64,000 nucleotides of DNA, taken from contig OY764159.1 in assembly GCA_963668175.1 (NCBI GenBank), positions 4,032,001 to 4,096,000 on the forward strand, in the 5' to 3' direction. Position numbers and translations under genes: made by a program. The notes beneath the pieces are model-generated. The model did no database searches. It worked only from the letters and a program-made list of their open reading frames with translations, and was not told the origin of the DNA. This stretch comes from Syntrophales bacterium (GTDB lineage: Bacteria > Desulfobacterota > Syntrophia > Syntrophales > PHBD01). Shown here piece after piece: positions 21,539 through 31,578 of this stretch (positions are counted from its first letter, which is position 1; every line of letters starts with the position of its first letter).

Positions 21539-22315
21539 TTAGTGATGATTCCGATAGTGCGCCGCTCTCGCATTGGCCTCGGTGATCAACTTCCTGGCGA
21601 TCTTATAGACCAGCCAGACCGGTCCCGATAAACTATATCCGACAAAAAAAGTAAAGATCGTAATTTCCGGCTCCATGATGACGATGATCAGTATAACAAT
21701 AATGGCTACCAACGCCCGAAACGGTTTCCGGGCAAAGAAATTAAGATCCTTAAAGCTGTAATACTTGATACTGCTGACCATAAAGAGGGACAGCATGGCC
21801 ACCGCTACCAGCATCACCGGATGATTGAAGGTCCCATCCCCATGGAGATGATGGAAGAGAACCATAGTCGCGATCACGGAAGCGGCACCCGGTATCGGAA
21901 GACCGTTGAACACCTTGCTTTCGATAATGCCGATCTGGATATTGAATCTGGCCAGGCGCAACGCCCCGCATGTCACAAAGAGGAATGCCGCCCCCCAACC
22001 CCATTTCCCAAAGGGAGCCAAAGCCCACGTATAGGCAAGTATGGCCGGGGCGACACCGAAAGCCACCAGATCTGACAAAGAATCGAATTCCGCACCGAAC
22101 TTGCTCGCTGTATTGGTTATGCGGGCAATTCTCCCATCGAGGCCGTCGAGGACAAGGGCGACCAAAATGGCTATGGCCGCGACGTAATACTGGCCTTTCA
22201 TCGAGCTGATAATGGAATAAAAACCGCTGAAGAGGCTTGCGGCCGTGAAGAGATTGGGAAGAACATAAATTCCCTTCTTCATCCCGTCTTTCGTCAATCG
22301 ATGCTGCTTGTTCAT
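21539..22315 (-). CDS. pssA: CDP-diacylglycerol--serine O-phosphatidyltransferase
   Basis: LPNLFT, DGLDGRIAR...FGAEFDSLSD CDP-alcohol phosphotransferase motif, LRLARFN. Confidence 0.95.
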   Translation of the reverse strand: MNKQHRLTKDGMKKGIYVLPNLFTAASLFSGFYSIISSMKGQYYVAAIAILVALVLDGLDGRIARITNTASKFGAEFDSLSDLVAFGVAPAILAYTWALAPFGKWGWGAAFLFVTCGALRLARFNIQIGIIESKVFNGLPIPGAASVIATMVLFHHLHGDGTFNHPVMLVAVAMLSLFMVSSIKYYSFKDLNFFARKPFRALVAIIVILIIVIMEPEITIFTFFVGYSLSGPVWLVYKIARKLITEANARAAHYRNHH

Positions 22316-22953
22316 GACAGACCTCCTAAGGGCGTCTCCCCTGCCCTGACCCGGTCACCCACTTTAACGACAACCATCGAATCGGAAGGCAGATATACTT
22401 CAACGCGGGAACCAAAGCGGATGAGGCCGAACCGTTCACCTTTGCTGACCCCCATTCCTTCCTTTATCCAGCACACAATCCTTCGGGCAATCAAGCCGGC
22501 TATCTGGACGGCCATGATATCCCTGCCGTCGTCGGTGCGGATGACGACGGAATTTCTTTCATTGTTATCGGACGCCTTGTCGAGGTTCGCGGAAAGAAAC
22601 AACCCCTCATGGTAGACGATGGAACGAACTTGCCCCGCATAGGGAGCACGATTGACGTGTACATTAAATACATTCATGAAAATACTGATCTTCTTGAACC
22701 GGCCCACGATCAAATCGTTCCGTTCCACATCTTCGATGCGGATAACCTTGCCGTCCGCAGGAGAGATGACCATCTTAGGCACATCCGGCGTTTGTCTTTC
22801 CGGATTTCGAAAGAACCATATGACGAACATCGTGATGCATGAAAGTCCCATCGCCGACCAAACGGCCCCCAGAACGGCCGCGGATACGGAAAATATCGCG
22901 AGCGGCAGGATGAAAGGGTACCCCTCCCGGGCTATGATGCTATCGTGTTGCAT
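22312..22953 (-). CDS. psd: Phosphatidylserine decarboxylase proenzyme
   Basis: FFRNPER, SPADG, NVHVNRAP, RFGSRV self-cleavage site. Confidence 0.95.
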   Translation of the reverse strand: MQHDSIIAREGYPFILPLAIFSVSAAVLGAVWSAMGLSCITMFVIWFFRNPERQTPDVPKMVISPADGKVIRIEDVERNDLIVGRFKKISIFMNVFNVHVNRAPYAGQVRSIVYHEGLFLSANLDKASDNNERNSVVIRTDDGRDIMAVQIAGLIARRIVCWIKEGMGVSKGERFGLIRFGSRVEVYLPSDSMVVVKVGDRVRAGETPLGGLS

Positions 22954-23059
22954 GAACAGAGGCCCTTTCCGGCACGTAACGTCGTTAATTTAAAATGAAT
23001 AGTTCCTTGTATATTAATTCCTGAAATCTGTCAATGTCTTAAGCATGCGGACAATCTCT

Positions 23060-23767
23060 TCAGGAAAGCTCTGCCTGTTTCATTTCCGCTTCGGACAAAC
23101 GGAGGTAATGGGGCGTGAAGCTTACGGGATTCAGAGTCCTGCCCTCTTTTATATCCATCATGCCGAGAAGACCGACGGCTGATGCCCGGATAGATTGATG
23201 GGCGCTCGACAGGAACACGGCCCTGTTCCCCAGAGAGCCGACGATAACTTCTCTGTAAACTTGAGCGCCGTCTCCGAGAAATATGACCTTGTCGAATTCA
23301 CGCAACTCTCCCAGGACATGCTCTATGGACGTCACTTGCTCGGCAACGATCTTCACCGGATGCCCATCCGCACATGGTTTATACAGGGCCGTATAGACCT
23401 GACCCTTCCGGGCGTCAAGAAGCGGACAAACCGGGCAGGCTCCCGAGGCCGCGTTCAGGCTCAGAGCGTCCAGGGTCGATACGCCGGCGATCGGCTTACC
23501 TGCCGCCATGGCAAAACCCTTGATCGTACCGGCACCGATCCGCAGCCCCGTAAATGAGCCCGGACCTGTTGTACAGGCGAAAAGATCGATGTTTTCAAGA
23601 GATTGACCGGTCAGGCGCATCATCTCGTCAATAGCCGGCAGGAGTACTATGGAATGGTTGACGCCGACATTAATGGTCGCCTCATACAGGATTACATCGT
23701 CGGCCAGCAGGGCGACCGATGCCGTTTTAGTCGAAGTGTCGATAGCTAGAGTTCGTATCATGGACAA
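23060..23767 (-). CDS. tsaB: tRNA threonylcarbamoyladenosine biosynthesis protein TsaB
   Basis: LAIDTST, GPGSFTGLRIG, DARKGQVY, PHYLRLSEAE. Confidence 0.95.
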   Translation of the reverse strand: MSMIRTLAIDTSTKTASVALLADDVILYEATINVGVNHSIVLLPAIDEMMRLTGQSLENIDLFACTTGPGSFTGLRIGAGTIKGFAMAAGKPIAGVSTLDALSLNAASGACPVCPLLDARKGQVYTALYKPCADGHPVKIVAEQVTSIEHVLGELREFDKVIFLGDGAQVYREVIVGSLGNRAVFLSSAHQSIRASAVGLLGMMDIKEGRTLNPVSFTPHYLRLSEAEMKQAELS

Positions 23768-23792
23768 TCCCCAAATTTATGAAGCAGGCAAG

Positions 23793-24905
23793 TCACTTGC
23801 CTGTAAAAAATCTCGTAAAATCGTTGATTACTTTTATGTTTAACCGATCAATGTCCAGCATAAAGACAAAGATCATCAAGAGGATGAGAAGGACAAAACC
23901 GATTTGCTGGGCCATTTCCCGCCATTTGATACTGACGGGCCGTCCAATGATCAATTCGATGCCGTAGAACATGAGATGCCCGCCGTCCAACACGGGGATG
24001 GGCAGCAAATTGAGGATCGCCAGATTGATGCTGAGAACGGCCATGAAGAAAATAAAATCAAGTACGCCTTTCTTGACGGCGGCACCTGCAAGCTGGGCGA
24101 TGAAGATCGGACCACCGAGGCTTTTGGCCGGGGAGATCACGCCTTCCACGAGCTTGACAAAACTGATCACGGTGACCTTCACGAAGAACCAGGTCTGTTT
24201 GAGACTTGACCAAACGGCTTCCCAGGGATATTGCCGTTCGATCACCGTTTGTGTCGACCTCATGATGCCTATCCGGTAGAGGTCTATTTCTTCCCCGAAA
24301 ATGTCCTTGTCCTTCACCCTGGTAGGCGTCACCTGAAGATCACGTTGCGCACCGTCTCTTTGTACCGTCAGCGTCAGGGTTTTTCCGCGGCTCTCTCCGA
24401 TCATGACCGACATGTCGTCCCAGCGGGACACCTTCCTGCCGTCGATGGCGATTACCGCATCGCCCTTCCTTAAATCCGCTTTGAAGGCCGCAGAATCTTT
24501 CTGGACTTCGCCGATGACGGACGTGTAAACAGGAACGCCGGCCATAAAGATGATCGTAAAAATAACGATGGCCAGAAGAAAATTGAAAACCGGCCCCGCG
24601 AGGACGATGGCTATCCGCTTCCATACCGGCTGCCTTAGAAAGGAGCGTTTTTCATCCTCGGGCGAAAGAACGTCCTGGTCGGACTCGCCAAGGAGCTTGA
24701 CATAGCCGCCCAGGGGAATCATGGACAGGAGATATTCCGTTTCTCCGATCTTCTTCCCGGCGATTCTCCGGCCGAACCCCAGGGAAAATTTCAGGACACC
24801 GACGCCCAGGCGTTTGGCCACGATGAAATGGCCGAATTCATGGGCGAAAATAAGGATACCCAGAAGAATAACAACTGCCACAATATTGATAGAGACACCC
24901 GTCAT
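23793..24905 (-). CDS. rseP: RIP zinc metalloprotease RseP
   Basis: HEFGH, PDZ region, NLLPIPVLDGGH. Confidence 0.95.
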   Translation of the reverse strand: MTGVSINIVAVVILLGILIFAHEFGHFIVAKRLGVGVLKFSLGFGRRIAGKKIGETEYLLSMIPLGGYVKLLGESDQDVLSPEDEKRSFLRQPVWKRIAIVLAGPVFNFLLAIVIFTIIFMAGVPVYTSVIGEVQKDSAAFKADLRKGDAVIAIDGRKVSRWDDMSVMIGESRGKTLTLTVQRDGAQRDLQVTPTRVKDKDIFGEEIDLYRIGIMRSTQTVIERQYPWEAVWSSLKQTWFFVKVTVISFVKLVEGVISPAKSLGGPIFIAQLAGAAVKKGVLDFIFFMAVLSINLAILNLLPIPVLDGGHLMFYGIELIIGRPVSIKWREMAQQIGFVLLILLMIFVFMLDIDRLNIKVINDFTRFFTGK

Positions 24906-26065
24906 ATTTTCAATTCCTCAATGATTCTTATAACTTCTTTTTTGGCCCACATATCGGCGGCCAGAACAGCGTCAATGGTCGGCGACACATTGCATCGATG
25001 CTTCGCGAGAACGCTTTCGATGACGGCCGTCATATCGGTAAACCGGATTTTTCCCGCAAGGAAAGCCTCCACGGCCATCTCGTTTGCGCCGTTTAAGACA
25101 GCCGTCATGGTCCCGCCCGCTCTTCCCGCCTCGTAGGCCAGGCGCAAGTTGGGAAACCTGTCCCAATCCGCTTCCAAGAACTCCAGGGCACCGGCCTCAA
25201 GGAGGTTCAGGGCCGGGGCGGGACAGGGATGTCTTTCCGGATAGGACAGGGCGTACGCGATCGGGATTCTCATGTCCGGACATCCCATTTGCGCAACCAC
25301 CGAACCGTCGATATATTCCACCATGGAGTGGATGATGCTCTGGGGATGGATCTGGACGTGAATGGCATCGTAATCGACATTGAAAAGCCACCTGGCTTCA
25401 ATAATTTCCAAACCCTTATTCATCATCGATGCCGAATCGATGGTGATCTTCCTGCCCATCTCCCACTTCGGATGCTTCAAGGCCTGGGCCGGCGTAACAT
25501 GGACCAGATCATCCTTGGAGAATTTCAGGAACGGCCCTCCCGAAGCCGTCAGGATCAAGCGCCGGATATCCTGATGCCTGTTTCCCGCCAGGCATTGAAA
25601 AATAGCGCTGTGCTCGCTGTCGACGGGCAGGATGGCAACGCCCTTTTCCTCGGCCATTCTGACGACGATGCTTCCGGCCATGACCATGGTTTCCTTGTTT
25701 GCCAGGGCGACGTCTTTGCCGGCGGCAACGGCTTCCAGGGTCGGGATCAAACCCGCCGACCCCGCCATCGCGGACACGACCATATCGGCCTCTGCAAAGG
25801 CGGCCACTTCGCGATATCCGTCCATTCCGAAACGGATCTCCGTTCCATTCGAGCGGCCAAGCATTGCCCCTAGTTGCCCGGCACACGGTTCATCGATAAC
25901 CGCGGCCACGGCAGGCCTGAATTCGTCGATCTGCTCCTTCAGCAGGGTCGTATTTTTCCCGGCGGCCAGGGCGACGACCTCAAATCGCGAGGGGGCGTGC
26001 CGGATGACATCCAGGGTATTGACGCCTATAGAACCTGTTGAACCTAAAATGGCAATCCGTTTCAT
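24902..26065 (-). CDS. dxr: 1-deoxy-D-xylulose-5-phosphate reductoisomerase
   Basis: ILGSTGSIG, LANKE, PVDSEHSA, TASGGPF, KITIDSA; start 26065 overlaps cdsA stop. Confidence 0.97.
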   Translation of the reverse strand: MKRIAILGSTGSIGVNTLDVIRHAPSRFEVVALAAGKNTTLLKEQIDEFRPAVAAVIDEPCAGQLGAMLGRSNGTEIRFGMDGYREVAAFAEADMVVSAMAGSAGLIPTLEAVAAGKDVALANKETMVMAGSIVVRMAEEKGVAILPVDSEHSAIFQCLAGNRHQDIRRLILTASGGPFLKFSKDDLVHVTPAQALKHPKWEMGRKITIDSASMMNKGLEIIEARWLFNVDYDAIHVQIHPQSIIHSMVEYIDGSVVAQMGCPDMRIPIAYALSYPERHPCPAPALNLLEAGALEFLEADWDRFPNLRLAYEAGRAGGTMTAVLNGANEMAVEAFLAGKIRFTDMTAVIESVLAKHRCNVSPTIDAVLAADMWAKKEVIRIIEELKI

Positions 26066-26874
26066 TGTACCATAAATAGTTGATAGTAGTAAACAAAGGG
26101 AGCGATAAAGATAAGGCAATCCAAACGATCCAGAATGCCGCCATGACCGGGCAGAAGCGTTCCGGAGTCTTTGGAGCCCGAGGCCCTCTTGATCGCCGAC
26201 TCGCACAAGTCGCCCAACTGGCCGATGGCGCTTCCGAAGAAACCGATGATTGCCGCATGCGCGACGGGAAACGATTGCAGGAATATCTGCTGAAAGACCA
26301 CGCAACCGATGACGCTGCCTATTAAAAGGCCGATCGTCCCCTCCACCGTTTTTCCGGGGCTGACAAGCGGCAGCAGTTTCCGCTTTCCCCATGTCCTGCC
26401 CACGTAATAGGCCGCCACGTCACCGGAAAAAGCCAGACAAAGAATGAAAAATATCCATAATATGCCGTCATGAAGGTTCCGGATGAGGATGAAGTGGGAC
26501 AGCATGGTGGGTATGTACATCAGGCAAAGGACGGCCTTGGCAACCGGCAGGATATCGAAGACCGGCTCCTTGATCCGGACTGTAAAGGTAATGAAAACGG
26601 ACAGAACTGAAAGAACGATTACCGCCATGATCAATACCGGATTCCCGGAATAAAACGAGAGCGCGATCAACAGGGCGACGATCAGGCCTTCCGTCTTTTC
26701 CCACCGATAGTCCTCGCCGAATACGAGCCCGTTATACTCATGGACACCCAGCAGAATGACGGCGACAATCATGGCACTGAACACGAAGGGAGAGCCGAAA
26801 TAGATCAGAGCAAATAATAAAGGTACGGCAACCAGTGCCGTGGTCCATCGCTTGATATGGGAAGAAGCCGCCAT
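26062..26874 (-). CDS. cdsA: Phosphatidate cytidylyltransferase
   Basis: SPGKTVEG, GDLCESAIKR, KDSGTLLPGHGGILDRLD. Confidence 0.96.
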   Translation of the reverse strand: MAASSHIKRWTTALVAVPLLFALIYFGSPFVFSAMIVAVILLGVHEYNGLVFGEDYRWEKTEGLIVALLIALSFYSGNPVLIMAVIVLSVLSVFITFTVRIKEPVFDILPVAKAVLCLMYIPTMLSHFILIRNLHDGILWIFFILCLAFSGDVAAYYVGRTWGKRKLLPLVSPGKTVEGTIGLLIGSVIGCVVFQQIFLQSFPVAHAAIIGFFGSAIGQLGDLCESAIKRASGSKDSGTLLPGHGGILDRLDCLIFIAPFVYYYQLFMVQ

Positions 26875-26986
26875 ATGTCTCTATCTTGTTTATTGACGCC
26901 AGGGATGCGTTTCGATCTCCGCCCTTAAAGACCTGCAGGCCATTCCAACCATAAACCGTGTTTTGGTGGGATACAAAAAAATTCAA

Positions 26987-27769
26987 TCACTGCAAAATCG
27001 ATTTGGGGGCAGTTGCCGCGGGCCTCTCTGTCTCGGTATCTTCCTTGGTCAACCCGAATCTGCGTTCCCTTTGCTGATACACGGCGATCGCATTCAGCAA
27101 TTCATCCTTGCTGAAATCGGGCCAGAGGACATCGGTAAAATAGAATTCGGTATAGGCCATCTGCCAGAGCAGGAAGTTGCTGATCCGGAATTCGCCGCTC
27201 GTCCTGATGAGAAGATCCGGGTCGGGCATACCCATCGTATACAGATAGCCCGCGAACATTTCTTTTGTAATCTCATCGGGAGTGAATTTTCCGGCACGGC
27301 AATCGGCGATCATCCCCTTCACGGCCATCACGATTTCATCCCTCCCCCCATAACTGAGGGCGATATTAAGATTCAGACCGTCGTTATGCGCCGTCTTTGC
27401 CACAGCGTCACGAAGCAGTCCCTGGATATTCCGGTCGAGATTTTCCACATCGCCGATAATGACGAGGCGGATATTGTTTTCAAGCATGTCTTCCATCTCG
27501 GTCCGGACGTAATCCTTCAGCAGTCCCATCAGGGCGTCGACTTCCTTGCGCGGTCTCTGCCAATTCTCGGACGAAAAGGCATAGAGCGTAAGGTAGCGGA
27601 TGCCCAGTTCACGACAGGTCTTGACAGTCGCCCGGACGGCTTCCGCACCTTTCCTGTGCCCGGAAACCCTGCCCAGGGTATGCCGCTGCGCCCACCGGCC
27701 GTTGCCATCCATGATAATGGCGATATGGCGGGGAAGTTTCGTAATGTCAATGCCATGCATATCGTTCAC
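26987..27769 (-). CDS. uppS: Undecaprenyl diphosphate synthase
   Basis: HIAIIMDGNGRWA, FSSENW, RTSGEFRISNF, RERRFG. Confidence 0.97.
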   Translation of the reverse strand: MNDMHGIDITKLPRHIAIIMDGNGRWAQRHTLGRVSGHRKGAEAVRATVKTCRELGIRYLTLYAFSSENWQRPRKEVDALMGLLKDYVRTEMEDMLENNIRLVIIGDVENLDRNIQGLLRDAVAKTAHNDGLNLNIALSYGGRDEIVMAVKGMIADCRAGKFTPDEITKEMFAGYLYTMGMPDPDLLIRTSGEFRISNFLLWQMAYTEFYFTDVLWPDFSKDELLNAIAVYQQRERRFGLTKEDTETERPAATAPKSILQ

Positions 27770-28333
27770 GGCGTCTCTGCCTTATTAAAGTCGTCACCGA
27801 GTAGCATAACATAAGCGAATAATCAATGCACGTTTTTGCCTTGCAGGTGGCTCATTTTGTCGCCATCGGAAAGATAGTTCATCATGGACCTTGGTCTTTC
27901 CTTTGATTTTGTGCTATAGGATTTTTGCTGCATTATTATATCCGCATTTTTTGAAAAACCGATTATTCATTGCCAGGTAATCAGATCACAGCGGAATGGT
28001 TATACCGTTGTTTTATTTAGGACTATTCTTCCAAATGGATTATAGTCGGGCATATTCCGAATATGAGGCGTTTCGTACCTGATCATCGCATCTTCGAACA
28101 ACCGTCAAGAATGGAGAAGGATTAACCCGTCACCCGCCCAGCGTCTCTCCCCAATCATCGGCAATGAGGTGGATCCGCGGCCGCGGTTCTCTTAATTTAA
28201 TCCCGTATGAGGCGTCATTCGCCTATCCATCAAGTGAATCCGGATCGTCGGCTGATGGGAGTCAAGGATTGACCATGTCCGCAGGAAAGTTTCATAATCA
28301 TTGTCTATTCGTCCAACAGAGGAAAGCAGACTG

Positions 28334-30292
28334 ATGCCGGGAACCCCTCTTCGCATCCTAATCGCAGACTGTTCCGACGACGATTACTCTCCGCTCATCC
28401 ATTGTTTGAGGGAAGACGGTTTCAACCCAGACTGGATGAAAGTGCAGGATGTCGACGCCATGGCCGACTTTCTGCATGACAGGGACTGGGACATCGTCAT
28501 CTGCAATTACGAAAGGGACGGCGCCGACGGCCGACGGGTTCTGAAAGTCTGCCGAGAGGCAGGGACCAATGTCCCGCTGATTTTACTCTCCGGGAACAAG
28601 AGGAACGAGGATGAAAGCAAATCGAGTCCGGAAGAAAACTGCTATTGTGCCGGGAAAGAAGAGCTTCCGAAACTTGTATCCGCCGTGGCCGCACAGGCTC
28701 ATGAAAGAGAAGATAAAATCGATCCGGCAAAAGGATTGGAGACCCGCCGGCCTCCTCAACGGCAGACCATCGATTTTTTCGAAGAAATGGAGGAACTTTA
28801 TTGGGAAATTGATCTCAAGGGAAATTTGATTTTCTTTAATCCATATTTATGCACTCTGCTGCAATATACGCGAGAAGACCTTAAGGAGGCTAATATTCGA
28901 ACGTTGGTGGACAACGACACGGCTGAACGACTGGAAAAGATCGTTCAGAGTATCCATGCGACGGGCAGCCAGGTTAAGTGCGTCGAGTTTGAACTGATTC
29001 AAAAGGATGGGACAAAATGCTGGGTTGAAACATCCGTTGCCCCCTTGAGAGATGCCGGCGGCACGGTTATAGGCCTTCGGGGCATCGGCCGCGATATTTC
29101 CTCCCGCAAAAATACGGAAACGGATATCCTCCGCTCGCTGAAGGTCGAATCGGTCGGCACGCTTGCCGGAGGGATAGCGCATGATTTCAATAATCTGCTT
29201 TCCGTTATTCTCGGCTATATCTCCATCGCCCGGACGCTGATCGATCCGGAGGAGGAGGCGGCCGTTATGCTCAGGAAGGCGGAAAAGGCCGGATTTCAGG
29301 CCACGGAACTTACGAAACGCCTGATCACCTTTTCCCGGGGAGACGAACCATGGCGGAAATCGACCTTTCTCGCCCCGCTCTTAAAAAGGGCTGCCGATTT
29401 CTCTCTGGTTGGAAAAGATGTCAGTTTTTCCTACTTCATTCCCGAAGACCTCTGGCCGGTCAACATCGATGAAGGCCAGATGTGGCAGGTCGTCCGGAAT
29501 CTGGTGATGAATGCCGGCGAGGCCATGCCGGACGGAGGCATTATCACCGTAGCCGCACAGAATATCAATATCGACGAATTCAGCAATCTCCCCCTCCAGG
29601 AGGGTTCCTATGTGCGCTGGAGCGTAACGGACCAGGGAACGGGCATCACGCCGGAACACCTCCCCAAAATCTTCGATCCCTACTTCACGACCAAAGGGAT
29701 GGGACCCAAACAGGGTATGGGGCTCGGTCTCGCCATCTGTTTCTCCATTGTCAGAAAACATGGCGGTTTCATCACCGTCGACTCCAAACCCGTCGAAGGC
29801 ACGACGTTCTATGTCTATCTGCCCGCATTGCCGACGAGGGAGCAGCAGGATGCGGCCGTCAGCGACGATCGTCTGCTGAGGAAACACCGAATCCTCGTCA
29901 TGGACGATGAAGAAGACATTCGGGATATTTTTAGCAAACTGCTGACCCACCTGGGTTATGACGCCGAACTGGCCGAGGAAGGCAATGAGACCGTCTCCAA
30001 ATTCAGAGAGGCCAGAGAAACGGATGTTCCTTTTTCCGCAGTCATCCTGGATTTGACGGTCAAAGACGGCCTCGGCGGCAGACAGACGCTGAAAAAGCTC
30101 CTGCAGATCGAGCCTGAACTGAAGGCGATCATCACAACCAGCTATGCCGACGACCCCATCGTCACCGGCTTCCGGTATTTCGGCTTCGCAGCCGCCTTGG
30201 TCAAACCCTTCACCATGCAGGAACTGCAGGATTCTCTCGACACCCTTCTCGCCGAGAAGGGCGTGGACGACCTGCCTCTCTTCCGGCGGTAA
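28334..30292 (+). CDS. Hybrid sensor kinase (REC-like, PAS, HisKA, HATPase, REC)
   Basis: GIAHDFNN H-box, DQGTGI, YFTTK, GLGL; C-terminal REC with VILD; PAS/PAC ending GIGRDIS. Confidence 0.92.
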   Translation: MPGTPLRILIADCSDDDYSPLIHCLREDGFNPDWMKVQDVDAMADFLHDRDWDIVICNYERDGADGRRVLKVCREAGTNVPLILLSGNKRNEDESKSSPEENCYCAGKEELPKLVSAVAAQAHEREDKIDPAKGLETRRPPQRQTIDFFEEMEELYWEIDLKGNLIFFNPYLCTLLQYTREDLKEANIRTLVDNDTAERLEKIVQSIHATGSQVKCVEFELIQKDGTKCWVETSVAPLRDAGGTVIGLRGIGRDISSRKNTETDILRSLKVESVGTLAGGIAHDFNNLLSVILGYISIARTLIDPEEEAAVMLRKAEKAGFQATELTKRLITFSRGDEPWRKSTFLAPLLKRAADFSLVGKDVSFSYFIPEDLWPVNIDEGQMWQVVRNLVMNAGEAMPDGGIITVAAQNINIDEFSNLPLQEGSYVRWSVTDQGTGITPEHLPKIFDPYFTTKGMGPKQGMGLGLAICFSIVRKHGGFITVDSKPVEGTTFYVYLPALPTREQQDAAVSDDRLLRKHRILVMDDEEDIRDIFSKLLTHLGYDAELAEEGNETVSKFREARETDVPFSAVILDLTVKDGLGGRQTLKKLLQIEPELKAIITTSYADDPIVTGFRYFGFAAALVKPFTMQELQDSLDTLLAEKGVDDLPLFRR

Positions 30293-30334
30293 CGGCAACC
30301 GCCATAATATCTGCAAGGTGCCGTTTGTACAGAC

Positions 30335-31441
30335 TTACAGGAAGCTTTTAAGGGCCTTGAGGAAGCGTTCCACGTTCTCTTTTCTCGCCGTGTGGCCCAT
30401 GAGACCGATCCGCCAGATTTTACCGGCCAGCGGACCCAGCCCCCCTCCGATCTCTATCTTGAATTCATTCAGGAGGCGCTTGCGGATCGATGCTTCGTCG
30501 ATGCCTTCAGGGCAACGGACCGTATTCAGCATCGGCAGACGGTAAGGTTTCTCAACGAGCATCTTGAGCCCCATGCCTTCAAGGCCGTCGACGAGCAGTT
30601 GATGGCTTTCCCGGTGCCTTTTGAAGACATTTTCCACGCCTTCATGAAGGATGACAAGAAGGGCCGCATAGAGACCATAGATCATGTTGATGGGGGCCGT
30701 ATGGTGGTAGACGCGATTCTGTCCCCAGTAGTTGGCTATGAGCGAAAGATCGAGATACCAGTTCGGGACTTTCGTCTTCCGGCTGCCGAGCTTCGCGAGG
30801 GCTTTTTCCGAAAAGGAGAGCGGGGCGAGCCCGGGCGGGCAGGAAAGGCACTTCTGGGTGCCGCTGTAAACGGTGTCGATATGCCATTCGTCCGCACGAA
30901 CCGGAATGCCGCCAAGGCTGGTAACGGTATCGACAAGATACAGCGTATCCGAACCTTTCAGGAGGTTGCCGATGTCGCTCACGGGATTCATCACGCCGGT
31001 GGACGTCTCGGCGTGAACAACGGCTACGATGCGGTAGGATTTCTCTTTGATCTTCTTCCCGACGGCATCAAGTACGACGGGCGTTCCCCAGGCAAATTCC
31101 AGGGTATCCACTCTGGCCCCCAGCCTCGCGGCGACCTCCTGCATCCTCATGCCGAAAACGCCGTTAATCAGGATCAGGACATCGTCCCCGGGCTCTACGA
31201 GATTCACAAACGACGCTTCCATGCCAGCCGAACCCGTGCCCGATACTGGCAGGGTCAGGGTGTTTGCCGTATTCATCAATTGCCGGAGCATTTCCTTCAC
31301 GCCATCGGCAATCTTCAAGAAATAAGGGTCCAGGTGTCCGATCGTCTTGCATCCCAAGGCGCCGTATACTTCCGGCGGAACGCACGAGGGCCCCGGCCCC
31401 ATGAGCAGTATTTCTTCCAAGTCGTCCAGCAGATTTTTCAT
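30335..31441 (-). CDS. Class V aminotransferase (alanine-glyoxylate/serine-pyruvate type)
   Basis: LLMGPGPS, VHAETSTG, DTVTSLGG, SGTQKCLSCPPG, WRIGLMG; start after gaggagg. Confidence 0.93.
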   Translation of the reverse strand: MKNLLDDLEEILLMGPGPSCVPPEVYGALGCKTIGHLDPYFLKIADGVKEMLRQLMNTANTLTLPVSGTGSAGMEASFVNLVEPGDDVLILINGVFGMRMQEVAARLGARVDTLEFAWGTPVVLDAVGKKIKEKSYRIVAVVHAETSTGVMNPVSDIGNLLKGSDTLYLVDTVTSLGGIPVRADEWHIDTVYSGTQKCLSCPPGLAPLSFSEKALAKLGSRKTKVPNWYLDLSLIANYWGQNRVYHHTAPINMIYGLYAALLVILHEGVENVFKRHRESHQLLVDGLEGMGLKMLVEKPYRLPMLNTVRCPEGIDEASIRKRLLNEFKIEIGGGLGPLAGKIWRIGLMGHTARKENVERFLKALKSFL

Positions 31442-31578
31442 TACCATCCTCCTCAAGTCACTGATTGGAGACGTTCGTCTTCCGGATACAGCCGAATATC
31501 CCGTATCATGACACAAATATGGCTTATCGTCCAGACGTTTGGATTAATACATTTCGGGACAAGGACATTCCGCCGCTG

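Noticed and set aside
26066..26392. Long N-terminal extensions in the ORF track (dxr, rsmD, ABC permeases, ddpX, purD, purH)
   Set aside because: They overlap upstream genes or lack an RBS; better starts with an RBS or stop-start overlap lie downstream
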